From: Candidatus Thorarchaeota archaeon
GTDB lineage: Archaea; Asgardarchaeota; Thorarchaeia; Thorarchaeales; Thorarchaeaceae
Length of the DNA: 64,000 nucleotides
Assembly: GCA_048884965.1 (NCBI GenBank)
Contig: JBHLQH010000015.1
Span: 19,337 to 83,336, forward strand
Direction of reading: 5' to 3'
The notes below the pieces were generated by a model. It saw nothing but the letters and a program-made list of their open reading frames with translations. It did not search any database and was not told the DNA's origin. Made by a program: the position numbers and the translations under genes. Positions 1-8,135 of the stretch are shown here, in pieces; the first letter of the stretch is position 1; each line of letters begins with the position of its first letter.

Positions 1-690
1 CAGAGAAAAGACTGGAACTTTTGGCGCATCACGTTTGATGAGCTTGAGAATATCCTTGCTGATGATTACGTTTCTGAGGGATGAGTCGCATACCAAGAAG
101 ATAACATCGGCTCCATGGAAATAGAACTTCCACAGATTTCGAAAACGTTCCTGTCCAGCAAAGTCCCATAGGACGAGAGAATAGTTACCAAACCGAATAT
201 TCTCTACAGTTTCCAGATTCAATGCGATTGTGGGCACGTACTGTAGCGGAGGTGTATCACCCATTAGGAGATGAAGTGTCGTTGTCTTTCCAACACCACC
301 TTCTCCAACCAATGCAATCTTCAATCGGGTAATGACCGATGGTTCGATAATCTGCTCATATTGCTGAGCGATATTGAGTATGTCTGATTTCACCAGTTTA
401 GATCTTAGGCCTTTGATTGCAGCATCAAGGCGATCCGCAATTGCAGATTCATCTTCCCCTTTATCAGTGACAAAAACCACAACCACATCTTGAGAGAGGT
501 CCCGACCATGAAACTTGTCATCACCAACAATTAGAGGGAAATTAGCCAGAGAAACGTCTTCTGTTCTTAGCTCTTCCCTCGTTGTGATGAATTCCTCTAT
601 GTCTTTCTTCACAACTTCAACTGGCCAGTATTGTGTATGTGCTAGAATCTCAAGATTGGAGATTCGAACAAGATATGTATTATGAATCAC
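1..690 (-). CDS. Longin-like N-terminal domain fused to Arf/Rab-like small GTPase (3' end outside window)
   Basis: Not in ORF track. Manual translation from GTG at 690 (GGTGA RBS upstream): MIHNTYLVRISNLEIL...LKIALVGEGGVGKTT (G1)...YVPTI (G2)...LWDFAGQERFRNLWKFYFHGADVIFLVCD (G3). Frame is open to position 1. Confidence 0.9.
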   Translation of the reverse strand, partial: MIHNTYLVRISNLEILAHTQYWPVEVVKKDIEEFITTREELRTEDVSLANFPLIVGDDKFHGRDLSQDVVVVFVTDKGEDESAIADRLDAAIKGLRSKLVKSDILNIAQQYEQIIEPSVITRLKIALVGEGGVGKTTTLHLLMGDTPPLQYVPTIALNLETVENIRFGNYSLVLWDFAGQERFRNLWKFYFHGADVIFLVCDSSLRNVIISKDILKLIKRDAPKVPVFSL

Positions 691-829
691 GGTTTGTCAC
701 CAGTTTCCTTCATACGAAGTTGCTTGTCCCCGGTCACTCTAAGGAAGTGAAGAAACTCCTTATGAGATAATCTTGTGTATTATATAGGAAAGAGAGAAGT
801 TCGATTCTATAAAAGAGATGTTGGGAAAC

Positions 830-1060
830 GGAACCACCTAAGTGGCCCCGCATCCGTGGATTGCCTTCGTCTTGAGCGCATGGAAGAAATCAATTATGCG
901 CAAGTTGGGAATTACTTCCCGGGGACCAATGCGTAGAAACTCTTTAGGGACCGTAAACCGTGTGTGTTGCGAATGCGAGTTCCTATGACGGGGGATCCAT
1001 GTACTCAACACAGTCGGCAAGAATGAAGGAGTTTTTCCACATATGAACCTTCCTAGTTTG
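830..1060 (+). ncRNA. Candidate structured non-coding RNA (unknown family)
   Basis: Closing stem GTGGA..CCTTCGT-CTTG (856-874) / CAAG-A-ATGAAGG..TCCAC (1018-1040) encloses several hairpins. G-U pairs favour the + strand. TATA-like CTATAAAA at 807-814. Confidence 0.5.
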
Positions 1061-1126
1061 CAAAATAACGAAAGGAACCACTATAAACTGGAATAAGTTC
1101 GACAAGACCAATGCGATCTGATGCAA

Positions 1127-2287
1127 TTATCTTGGAAAATTGTCGCGTAGTAAACGTAGGTGTTGATGAACCATTTCCATGAGTCGAGAATCATCAGGAG
1201 TCTTTTCTAACTCGGTCACAAGTGTGCTGAGAAAATACTCAGGGAAGAATAGCCGTACTCGAATATCATTAAGAAGGAATAACCACTTGTCATACTCACC
1301 AGAGGCACCCTTCCGTCGTTTCTCTGAAACGATTCGGAATTTCTTCAAAAGTTGAATTGCTTGCTTGAGTTCTTTTGGCGGGATACCAAGTGTAGCTTCG
1401 AGCTCAGAGATGTTTGTTGGTTGGCGTCGAAGCACACTAAGAGTGTCATACGCATCCGGATCGGCAAGGATTTCTGCAACCGCAACCGTATCTTCAGGTG
1501 TCTTTTGCCATTCGGTTAGAAACTCAAGGACTTCGGTCTTGTACTCTGCAGTAAGCTCAGGATCAAGAACAGATGCCGCGGATTCCATAGAAACCAATGG
1601 GGGTGCTCTGAATATCTCAAGATCCTTGATCATAAAAACACAGGTCCTTCCGATTTCATCAACCCATTCTGTCTTAACTAGACCCAGCTCTTCAAAAGGA
1701 GCAAGAATTGAATCGACACTAACACTTGGGAGTCCTGTTACCATCTTCAGCCATTCTTCAAGGTCCTCCTTCGTGATGCCACCTTTCCAGAGTTTTGGAA
1801 AGACTGCTCTAGACACCTCATCAGAGAATAGACGAGCAAGTCGAGACTCATCTGTCATTCCAGCAAGGCGGATGATTCTCCGATAGGTATTGTCAAGTTC
1901 TGTTTGCAACTCAGCATCAGTCATTGAAACTACTGCATTCGTAATCGGAGATACGACAGAGGTGATCGCAGCTTCGTAAGTCTTGGCATCCTCAGATGGA
2001 GTGAGAAGAAGAGAGATACAATATTGCTCTTCCTCACGAACGATCCCTGTGTAGTAGGAGGCGACATTATACTCCTCCCCACCAATCCTAACACTCAAGG
2101 ACGAGAATCCGGCTGTCGCATCACCCATTGCGTGTGATGTGAATATTCTCATTATTTCCGTGTTCAAGTCCTCACGGTAATAATCTGCAAAATCATTAGG
2201 TACCTTTGCTTTTAGAACGGCACCAATTTTTGAGTCCCAGTCGATTAGTAGCATTGCGACAGGCATTTTCCATTTCTCCGGTCCCAT
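1127..2287 (-). CDS. uDENN/longin-domain protein with C-terminal winged-helix domains
   Basis: N-terminal MLLIDWDSKIGAVLKAKVP resembles uDENN/NPRL-type longin starts. HTH-like segments include ISELEATLGIPPKELKQAIQLLKKFRIV. Confidence 0.65.
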   Translation of the reverse strand: MGPEKWKMPVAMLLIDWDSKIGAVLKAKVPNDFADYYREDLNTEIMRIFTSHAMGDATAGFSSLSVRIGGEEYNVASYYTGIVREEEQYCISLLLTPSEDAKTYEAAITSVVSPITNAVVSMTDAELQTELDNTYRRIIRLAGMTDESRLARLFSDEVSRAVFPKLWKGGITKEDLEEWLKMVTGLPSVSVDSILAPFEELGLVKTEWVDEIGRTCVFMIKDLEIFRAPPLVSMESAASVLDPELTAEYKTEVLEFLTEWQKTPEDTVAVAEILADPDAYDTLSVLRRQPTNISELEATLGIPPKELKQAIQLLKKFRIVSEKRRKGASGEYDKWLFLLNDIRVRLFFPEYFLSTLVTELEKTPDDSRLMEMVHQHLRLLRDNFPR

Positions 2288-2401
2288 CTAATTGGCTTGC
2301 GAGGAGCTATTCAATGATACGGTTCTATTAGTGCGCCTAAAAAAGCTTGTCACTAGCCAATTCGCTTTTCAGTGGATGAGTACTGAAAATCGTTACCACG
2401 G

Positions 2402-3061
2402 TTACTTTTCCGTTTCTTGCTTTTCTAGTATATATGTGTGTATGGTTTTGTACACAAATTCCACTACTTGTTCCAGGTCCTGCTTGGCATCAACAACCAC
2501 ATAATTCCCAAGGTCCTGCTCAGACATTTCAAGATAAGCAGCTCGAACCAGGACCAATCGCTCATATTGCTCAAATTGCTCATTCTTCTCTGCCCTGCTT
2601 CCGAATACTCTTGAGAGACCTTCATCTGCAGAGATGTCTAGAATGAAAATGATATCAGGTTCCGGGGCATCGATATCTTCTCGATTCTTGCGAAGTATTT
2701 CTTGCCAAGGAAGTCCAGTGCTTGTACATTGATAGGCACCTGTAGCGAAGAAGTATCGATCCATAAGAACCACTTTTCCGGATTCTAGGGCAGGCAGGAT
2801 ACGATTTTGAATGTGCCAATGACGGTCCTTGATGAACAGATCCAGCTCCTCAGCTGGAGAAAGCTCACCTCGCGGAGATCTTTCTCTAATCTCTCGCCCC
2901 CAAGGACTTTCACTAGTTGGCTCTCGCAATCTGACAACATCAAAGGATTGCTGCATCAAGAGAACTTCTACGAGGTCACATACTGTGGTCTTCCCAGCAC
3001 CATCGATTCCCTCAAGAACGAAAAGATACCCTGGATGTAGCCTTGTGCCTTCTATGTTCAA
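2402..3061 (-). CDS. tmk: Thymidylate kinase
   Basis: LEGIDGAGKTT P-loop, REP motif, MDRY motif, PDIIFILD. Confidence 0.95.
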   Translation of the reverse strand: MNIEGTRLHPGYLFVLEGIDGAGKTTVCDLVEVLLMQQSFDVVRLREPTSESPWGREIRERSPRGELSPAEELDLFIKDRHWHIQNRILPALESGKVVLMDRYFFATGAYQCTSTGLPWQEILRKNREDIDAPEPDIIFILDISADEGLSRVFGSRAEKNEQFEQYERLVLVRAAYLEMSEQDLGNYVVVDAKQDLEQVVEFVYKTIHTYILEKQETEK

Positions 3062-3199
3062 TTAGATAGGTCTCCTCAAAGATAGGATAGATGAATCTCA
3101 AGTGACTATGTTTTAGATGCTTCGGTGCTCTTGGATGCATTTGAAGCGTGAGAATAAGACTCGGATAAACCTCTTATACTCTTACACATCCGTAAGAAA

Positions 3200-3400
3200 T
3201 GCGTCAGGGGAACTTTGGACGTGGGACAAGAATGGGAGATGGAATCAATTCGATTCTAGGGTGAATATTCGACCGGATACATCCCATGTTTGAAAAGACT
3301 GCGAAAGCGATAAAAAGATCGCATTTCGTCATACCCGTTTTTGGGTCTAAGGTCCCCTTGCAGAGTTCTCGTATCCGGTCGATTCACAAATCACCTTCTT
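3200..3400 (+). ncRNA. Candidate structured RNA / riboswitch-like leader
   Basis: Perfect 12-bp inverted repeat 3269-3280/3371-3382, a 13-bp pairing 3206-3219/3346-3358 and internal hairpins. TATA-like CTTATA near 3173 and a T-rich end near 3396-3402. Confidence 0.55.
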
Positions 3401-3437
3401 TTACAGCGGCGGGAAGAGTTATATTCCCATTTGATTC

Positions 3438-3477
3438 GTAGGACAACATATCCTAGAGTAGGATAACATATCCTAGA
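3438..3477. promoter_or_regulatory. Tandem 20-bp repeat of a palindromic operator-like site
   Basis: GTAGGACAACATATCCTAGA then GTAGGATAACATATCCTAGA. Core TAGGATA-N3-TATCCTA lies just downstream of TATA-like GTTATAT (3418-3424). Confidence 0.7.
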
Positions 3478-3492
3478 AGAGAGGTGAATTAG

Positions 3493-4029
3493 ATGCGTTG
3501 GAAGATTTCGATTCTTGTAATCCTTCTAGTCATTTCAAGCATCCCAATCAGTAGCGGGATAGAGGAAGGTACACATGAACGAGCGTACTTCAACCTCTCT
3601 GATACAGTGAATCTTGAAATCGATTTTGGAAATGGGACTGTTACTCAATTCACTGACGCGAACGGAACGAATGTGCTAGAAGCCACTGAATCAAAGGTGA
3701 ATGTTGTCGTAGAATGGTATGGCAACCTTGCATACGTTGTGGAGATAGCTGGTGTCCATAATGATGGTATAGCAGGACTCTATTGGCAATACTGGATCAA
3801 TGGGGATAGAGCACCGTTTGCGGCAAATCAAATGGATGTTAAATCCAATGATTCAATAGAATGGAAACGAGTCCCTTCTACATTTACCGACACAGACACC
3901 ACTGTTACAACACAAATCGATACTGATTTGATTCTGGGGTCTCTCATTACAGTAGTTTTGGGTCCAGGATTTCTAGGATTTCTATACGTAATTAAGATTA
4001 GGAGATCGATTGATGAAGAACATAGTTAG
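3493..4029 (+). CDS. DUF4430/transcobalamin-C-terminal-like surface protein
   Basis: Signal peptide, YVVEIAGV...YWQYWING...AANQMDVKSNDSIEW motif, Thr-rich linker, C-terminal TM anchor. Confidence 0.8.
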   Translation: MRWKISILVILLVISSIPISSGIEEGTHERAYFNLSDTVNLEIDFGNGTVTQFTDANGTNVLEATESKVNVVVEWYGNLAYVVEIAGVHNDGIAGLYWQYWINGDRAPFAANQMDVKSNDSIEWKRVPSTFTDTDTTVTTQIDTDLILGSLITVVLGPGFLGFLYVIKIRRSIDEEHS

Positions 4030-4756
4030 GATTTTACCAATTTTGATACTGCTAATTCTGGTTATACCAGCTAATGCCGCAGGGAATTATAGTAGCATAC
4101 TTGACCCGACACCGTTTGGAAATACAACAATCAGCTGGCGTATTGTTGATGCTCCTGATGTGCCATTCAGTTTCTACTGGGCAGGAACGGAGATCTGGTT
4201 AGCTGAGCCAGAAAGCTTGATGTCATTCACAATTCAAGAGGTGAGTAATGACATTCTTGGCGAACTAATTCTCGGGAATGCCACTCTGATAGGAAATGAT
4301 ACAGATATTGCTAAAGACCTGACTTTAGGAATATGGGGGATTACTGAGTTCCATCCAGGATTGATTATCGAGATTTCAGATTCAAAAATAAATGAGCTTA
4401 ATCAGACAGCTTTTGCTTCAGCAGAACGAGTTTCAGGAAACTACCTTAATGGTACCATTGATTCCTCATATGAAGAGATTACTATCTTTGGGTTGCCATA
4501 CAGTTGCATCACGTTCACCTATGTACAAGACGATTCGGGATTTGGGAGTCCTCAGAGAACATATCTAGCTTATGATGTAAACACAGGAGTCCTTGTCCAG
4601 GCAAATACGACCTACACATTTACAACTCCATATTCATTGGTACTGGAACTGAATGATGTTGTTACACCTTTAGCCATCGGACCAATGATATTGGTTGGCT
4701 CTGGATTTGCTGTCATAGCTGTGATCCTAGTACTTCGGTCAAAGATGAATCGGTGA
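4010..4756 (+). CDS. Secreted membrane-anchored hypothetical protein
   Basis: Signal peptide, several N-x-S/T sequons, C-terminal TM helix with basic tail. Confidence 0.75.
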   Translation: MMKNIVRILPILILLILVIPANAAGNYSSILDPTPFGNTTISWRIVDAPDVPFSFYWAGTEIWLAEPESLMSFTIQEVSNDILGELILGNATLIGNDTDIAKDLTLGIWGITEFHPGLIIEISDSKINELNQTAFASAERVSGNYLNGTIDSSYEEITIFGLPYSCITFTYVQDDSGFGSPQRTYLAYDVNTGVLVQANTTYTFTTPYSLVLELNDVVTPLAIGPMILVGSGFAVIAVILVLRSKMNR

Positions 4757-4757
4757 G

Positions 4758-5360
4758 GTGCATCGTATGCCAACGCGCCTAGCTAATATTGGAATGGACC
4801 GAACACGTTGGGTTTCCATAACGTCCATAATGACTGCATTGACGTTAGTAGGCAACTATATCGTCGTTTCTATTCCTAGTGTTGAACTCGGCACCACAGT
4901 CCTTTTCGTTACGGCATACGTTTTCGGATACATGATGGCATTATGGGTGACTCTCATAATGTCAATCATCTATGGCACAATAAATCCATGGGGAGGATTC
5001 ATTCCTCAAATATGGCTGTCACAAGTTATCGGATGGTTGTATGTAGTTGCAGCGGGAGCAATAGCAGGAAATGGAGAGGATAAAAGAACTGCATTTGGGT
5101 CGAAGGAGCTAGGTATAATCGGAATCGCAGTGACCATCTTCTTTGATGTGGTGACAACAATCGGTTACTCAATCACCTTTGCAGTCCCATTCATCTTGGG
5201 ATTGATAGGATTGATCCCTTTCATGGTCGTCCATGTCATTTCCAATGCGATACTGTTTGCAACGGTGGCACCAAGACTCCAGAAGACGATAAGAGAAGTA
5301 TTCTCCTCAATAATCGCTTCCAAGAAGGATGAGGTATTACTGTTAGAGGGAGAAGGATAA
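4758..5360 (+). CDS. ECF transporter S component-like membrane protein
   Basis: About 200 aa with about 6 TM. IPSVEL...AYVFG and HVISNAILF motifs are typical of S components. Confidence 0.7.
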   Translation: MHRMPTRLANIGMDRTRWVSITSIMTALTLVGNYIVVSIPSVELGTTVLFVTAYVFGYMMALWVTLIMSIIYGTINPWGGFIPQIWLSQVIGWLYVVAAGAIAGNGEDKRTAFGSKELGIIGIAVTIFFDVVTTIGYSITFAVPFILGLIGLIPFMVVHVISNAILFATVAPRLQKTIREVFSSIIASKKDEVLLLEGEG

Positions 5361-5379
5361 AAGAGAACAAAGAATACTC

Positions 5380-6036
5380 ATGGAAGGAGCTTGTGATAGT
5401 TTGTCGTGGCAAAAAGAGATTCGTCATATCGCTCAGCCTGCAGATGGAAGAGTTGCGCCAACATTCGGTCCACACCATGTAGCAGTTGCGATCACCATGA
5501 TAGGAAGGGAACAACCCCTTGGCCGATATGAACTCTGTGAGAGGATGTCTATGGGGGAAGGTAGTGCTCGAACCCTTCTCAAACGACTCAGAGAATCCAA
5601 TTACATCATGGCGGAAGGCAAGCAAGGTCAGAAGCTCACTGAGAAGGGGTTGTCTCTTTTCAATAGGATTACCGCAGACGTGCCAATTGGTTTGTCCTTG
5701 ATATTGGGCGATTTAGTGGTTCATGAGTTTTCGTTTGCTCACTTGGTACGGAGAAAGGCAGCAAGGGTGACTGATGGAATTCGACAGCGGGATGAGGCTA
5801 TCATTCAAGGAGGATCGGGAAGAGCTGGAGCGACTACATTGATACAGAAGAACGGATTACTTCTTATGCCGCCAGATGGATTCAATATTCTTCTCGAATA
5901 TGAAGATGAAGCCCTACTTATTGCAGAGAGCTTGAGAGTAGAAGATGATGATGTTGTAGTCATAGGATCAGCTGATGATGCGAACCTAGCTAGAGAGGTC
6001 TCAATGGCTGCAGTTATGACTTTATTCGAGGACTGA
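5380..6036 (+). CDS. DUF4443-like winged-helix protein
   Basis: N-terminal HTH (PLGRYELCERMSMGEGSARTLLKRL) and GIRQRDEAI..G motif. Confidence 0.7.
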   Translation: MEGACDSLSWQKEIRHIAQPADGRVAPTFGPHHVAVAITMIGREQPLGRYELCERMSMGEGSARTLLKRLRESNYIMAEGKQGQKLTEKGLSLFNRITADVPIGLSLILGDLVVHEFSFAHLVRRKAARVTDGIRQRDEAIIQGGSGRAGATTLIQKNGLLLMPPDGFNILLEYEDEALLIAESLRVEDDDVVVIGSADDANLAREVSMAAVMTLFED

Positions 6037-6038
6037 GA

Positions 6039-6857
6039 ATGCAGAGTGACTTATTCGGAAATGTTCCACAGATAGTCATCGATGTTCATGAAACAGGTGG
6101 AAAGGGGATGAATGCTGTCAAGCATTTGATGAGTATGCTTGACAAGGAAGGAGTGCAATACACGGTTCAGAAGATCCCCATTGGAGACATACTAGGACCA
6201 GAGGGAGTCGCAATAGAACGAAAGACAGTCAATGATTTTGTGAACACTCTCAAAGGAAGCGCGTCTGGTGTTCCCCGGTTGACAAAGCAATTGGAAGCAC
6301 TTGAGGAATACGAGCGACCCTATATCTTGATAGAGAACATTCTTTCGATCAGGAGAGATCCAATGAAGGGGTGTATCTATATCCCATTTTCGACCAAGAA
6401 GACAAAGAACAAGCCATACTTTGTTACTATGGAACGTGTTAGCTTTATACATCCTAGTTCTCTGGATGCATTGATTGAGAGTATCAAGGATAGGGGTATA
6501 GAAGTTCTAGAAGGGTATAACGCCCTGCATTCTGCAGGTCTCATCTATGGAGTTCTAGCCGGTGGCGAGTCCATCAAGAAATCTGGTCAGAGGCTCCCAG
6601 TGATCAGGACAAGAAAGGGATTAGATACGCAGAATGATGAACAGGAATTCTTCATCGCAGGATTTCCTCAGGTCAACGTTGTGAGAGCTAGAGTTTTGCT
6701 TGAGAAATATGGCTCTCCAATCGAGGCTATTAGGAATGTTGATGAATGGGGAGATGTCCCAGGCATAGGTCCAAAGACAGTAGCGTCTGCCAAGAAACTC
6801 CTCTTTTCAGACTATCACCTTGAAGAGAAGGGGAATGAGGAACAAAATGAAGAATAA
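6039..6857 (+). CDS. ERCC4-domain (XPF/Mus81-type) nuclease with HhH2
   Basis: IDVHE, GDIL, ERKTxxDF nuclease motifs; C-terminal VPGIGPKT HhH. Confidence 0.85.
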   Translation: MQSDLFGNVPQIVIDVHETGGKGMNAVKHLMSMLDKEGVQYTVQKIPIGDILGPEGVAIERKTVNDFVNTLKGSASGVPRLTKQLEALEEYERPYILIENILSIRRDPMKGCIYIPFSTKKTKNKPYFVTMERVSFIHPSSLDALIESIKDRGIEVLEGYNALHSAGLIYGVLAGGESIKKSGQRLPVIRTRKGLDTQNDEQEFFIAGFPQVNVVRARVLLEKYGSPIEAIRNVDEWGDVPGIGPKTVASAKKLLFSDYHLEEKGNEEQNEE

Positions 6858-6928
6858 AGCACTACCGCGATATTTTTAAAAGCTCAAGTATTCTCTGGTC
6901 ATATAATAGTTGAAAAGGTGACTAAAGT

Positions 6929-8017
6929 ATGGGAGACGTACGCATAGCAATAGCAGGTCTCGGAAACTGCGCATCTGCATTGATCCAAGGCACTCATTAT
7001 TATCGAGATGCCAAGGCAGAGGATGAAGTTCCAGGCCTCATGCATGTTGATTTTGGTGGTTATTATCCAAAGGACCTCAAATTCGTTGCAGCTTTTGAGG
7101 TGAATAAGAAGAAAATTGGTCTAGATATCGCAGACGCCATGTGGGTCGAACCGAACTGCTGTGTGAAATTCGCCCCAGATGTTCCAAAGACCGGAGTGAA
7201 AGTCCTCCCAGGCCCTATATCCGATGGTGTTGCCCCTCATATGCGAGAGTCATTCTTCACATATGATGAGAACGAGATTGAACCTGTTGACATTGCGGAG
7301 GAACTCAAGAAGTCAAAAGCAGATATGCTCGTATCATATCTTCCAGTTGGTAGCGCGGAAGCATCACGAATATACGCGGATGCAGCCATTGAAGCTGAAG
7401 TCGGATTCATCAATGCATTTCCAGAGTTCATTGTTTCAGATCCGAACAGTCCTCATGCACAAGCTTTCGAGAAGAAAGGCATCCCTGCAGCTGGAGACGA
7501 TATCAAGAGTCAGCTAGGCGCAACCATTTTGCATCGCGTTCTTGCGCAGCTTTTTGACAAACGCGGATTGATTCTACAGAACACCTATCAGTTGAACATC
7601 GGCGGAAATACAGACTTTGAGAACATGCAAGTCGAGAATCGTCTTGCCTCAAAAAGAATTAGCAAGACAGAAGCAGTAACCAGCTGCGTTTCCTACGAGC
7701 TGCCTACAAAGATTGGTCCTAGTGATTATGTTCCATTCCTTGAAGACAATAAAGTATGCTACATCACTATGAGATCAAAGGCATTTGGGGATCTACCGAT
7801 TGACCTTGACCTAAAACTATCTGTGCAAGATTCCCCCAACAGCGGTGGAGTCATCATTGACGTTGCCCGAGCAGTAAAAATTGCACTGGACCGTGGTGTA
7901 GGCGGTGAATTATCCAGTATCAGCTCATACAGCTTCAAACATCCACGTTACCAAATTGATGATTTCGAAGCCCGAAAGAGGGTCGACGAGTTCATCGAAG
8001 GCAAGCGTGAAAGATAA
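6929..8017 (+). CDS. ino1: myo-inositol-1(3)-phosphate synthase
   Basis: GLGNCASAL, YLPVGS, GDDIKSQLGAT, QLNIGGNTDF, DSPNSGG motifs. Confidence 0.95.
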   Translation: MGDVRIAIAGLGNCASALIQGTHYYRDAKAEDEVPGLMHVDFGGYYPKDLKFVAAFEVNKKKIGLDIADAMWVEPNCCVKFAPDVPKTGVKVLPGPISDGVAPHMRESFFTYDENEIEPVDIAEELKKSKADMLVSYLPVGSAEASRIYADAAIEAEVGFINAFPEFIVSDPNSPHAQAFEKKGIPAAGDDIKSQLGATILHRVLAQLFDKRGLILQNTYQLNIGGNTDFENMQVENRLASKRISKTEAVTSCVSYELPTKIGPSDYVPFLEDNKVCYITMRSKAFGDLPIDLDLKLSVQDSPNSGGVIIDVARAVKIALDRGVGGELSSISSYSFKHPRYQIDDFEARKRVDEFIEGKRER

Positions 8018-8135
8018 ACAAGAGAGAACGAGTCAAATTGCCATTGGCTGTGACTCGTTTTACTTTTAGTTCAAAAAGAGAAGCAACACGCCAATACAAT
8101 GACTTGATTGGCGTGCATATCTATAGAATGCAGCT

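Noticed and set aside
838-1020. 60-aa ORF on the - strand
   Set aside because: No RBS or protein-like features; it overlies a region better explained as structured RNA
3230-3420. Canonical cobalamin or FMN riboswitch
   Set aside because: Only scattered partial motifs (GGGA, GGTGAA, ACTG, GGGAAG); the B12 box and FMN consensus cannot be assembled
3438-3477. CRISPR array
   Set aside because: Two adjacent 20-bp units with no spacer and no cas genes
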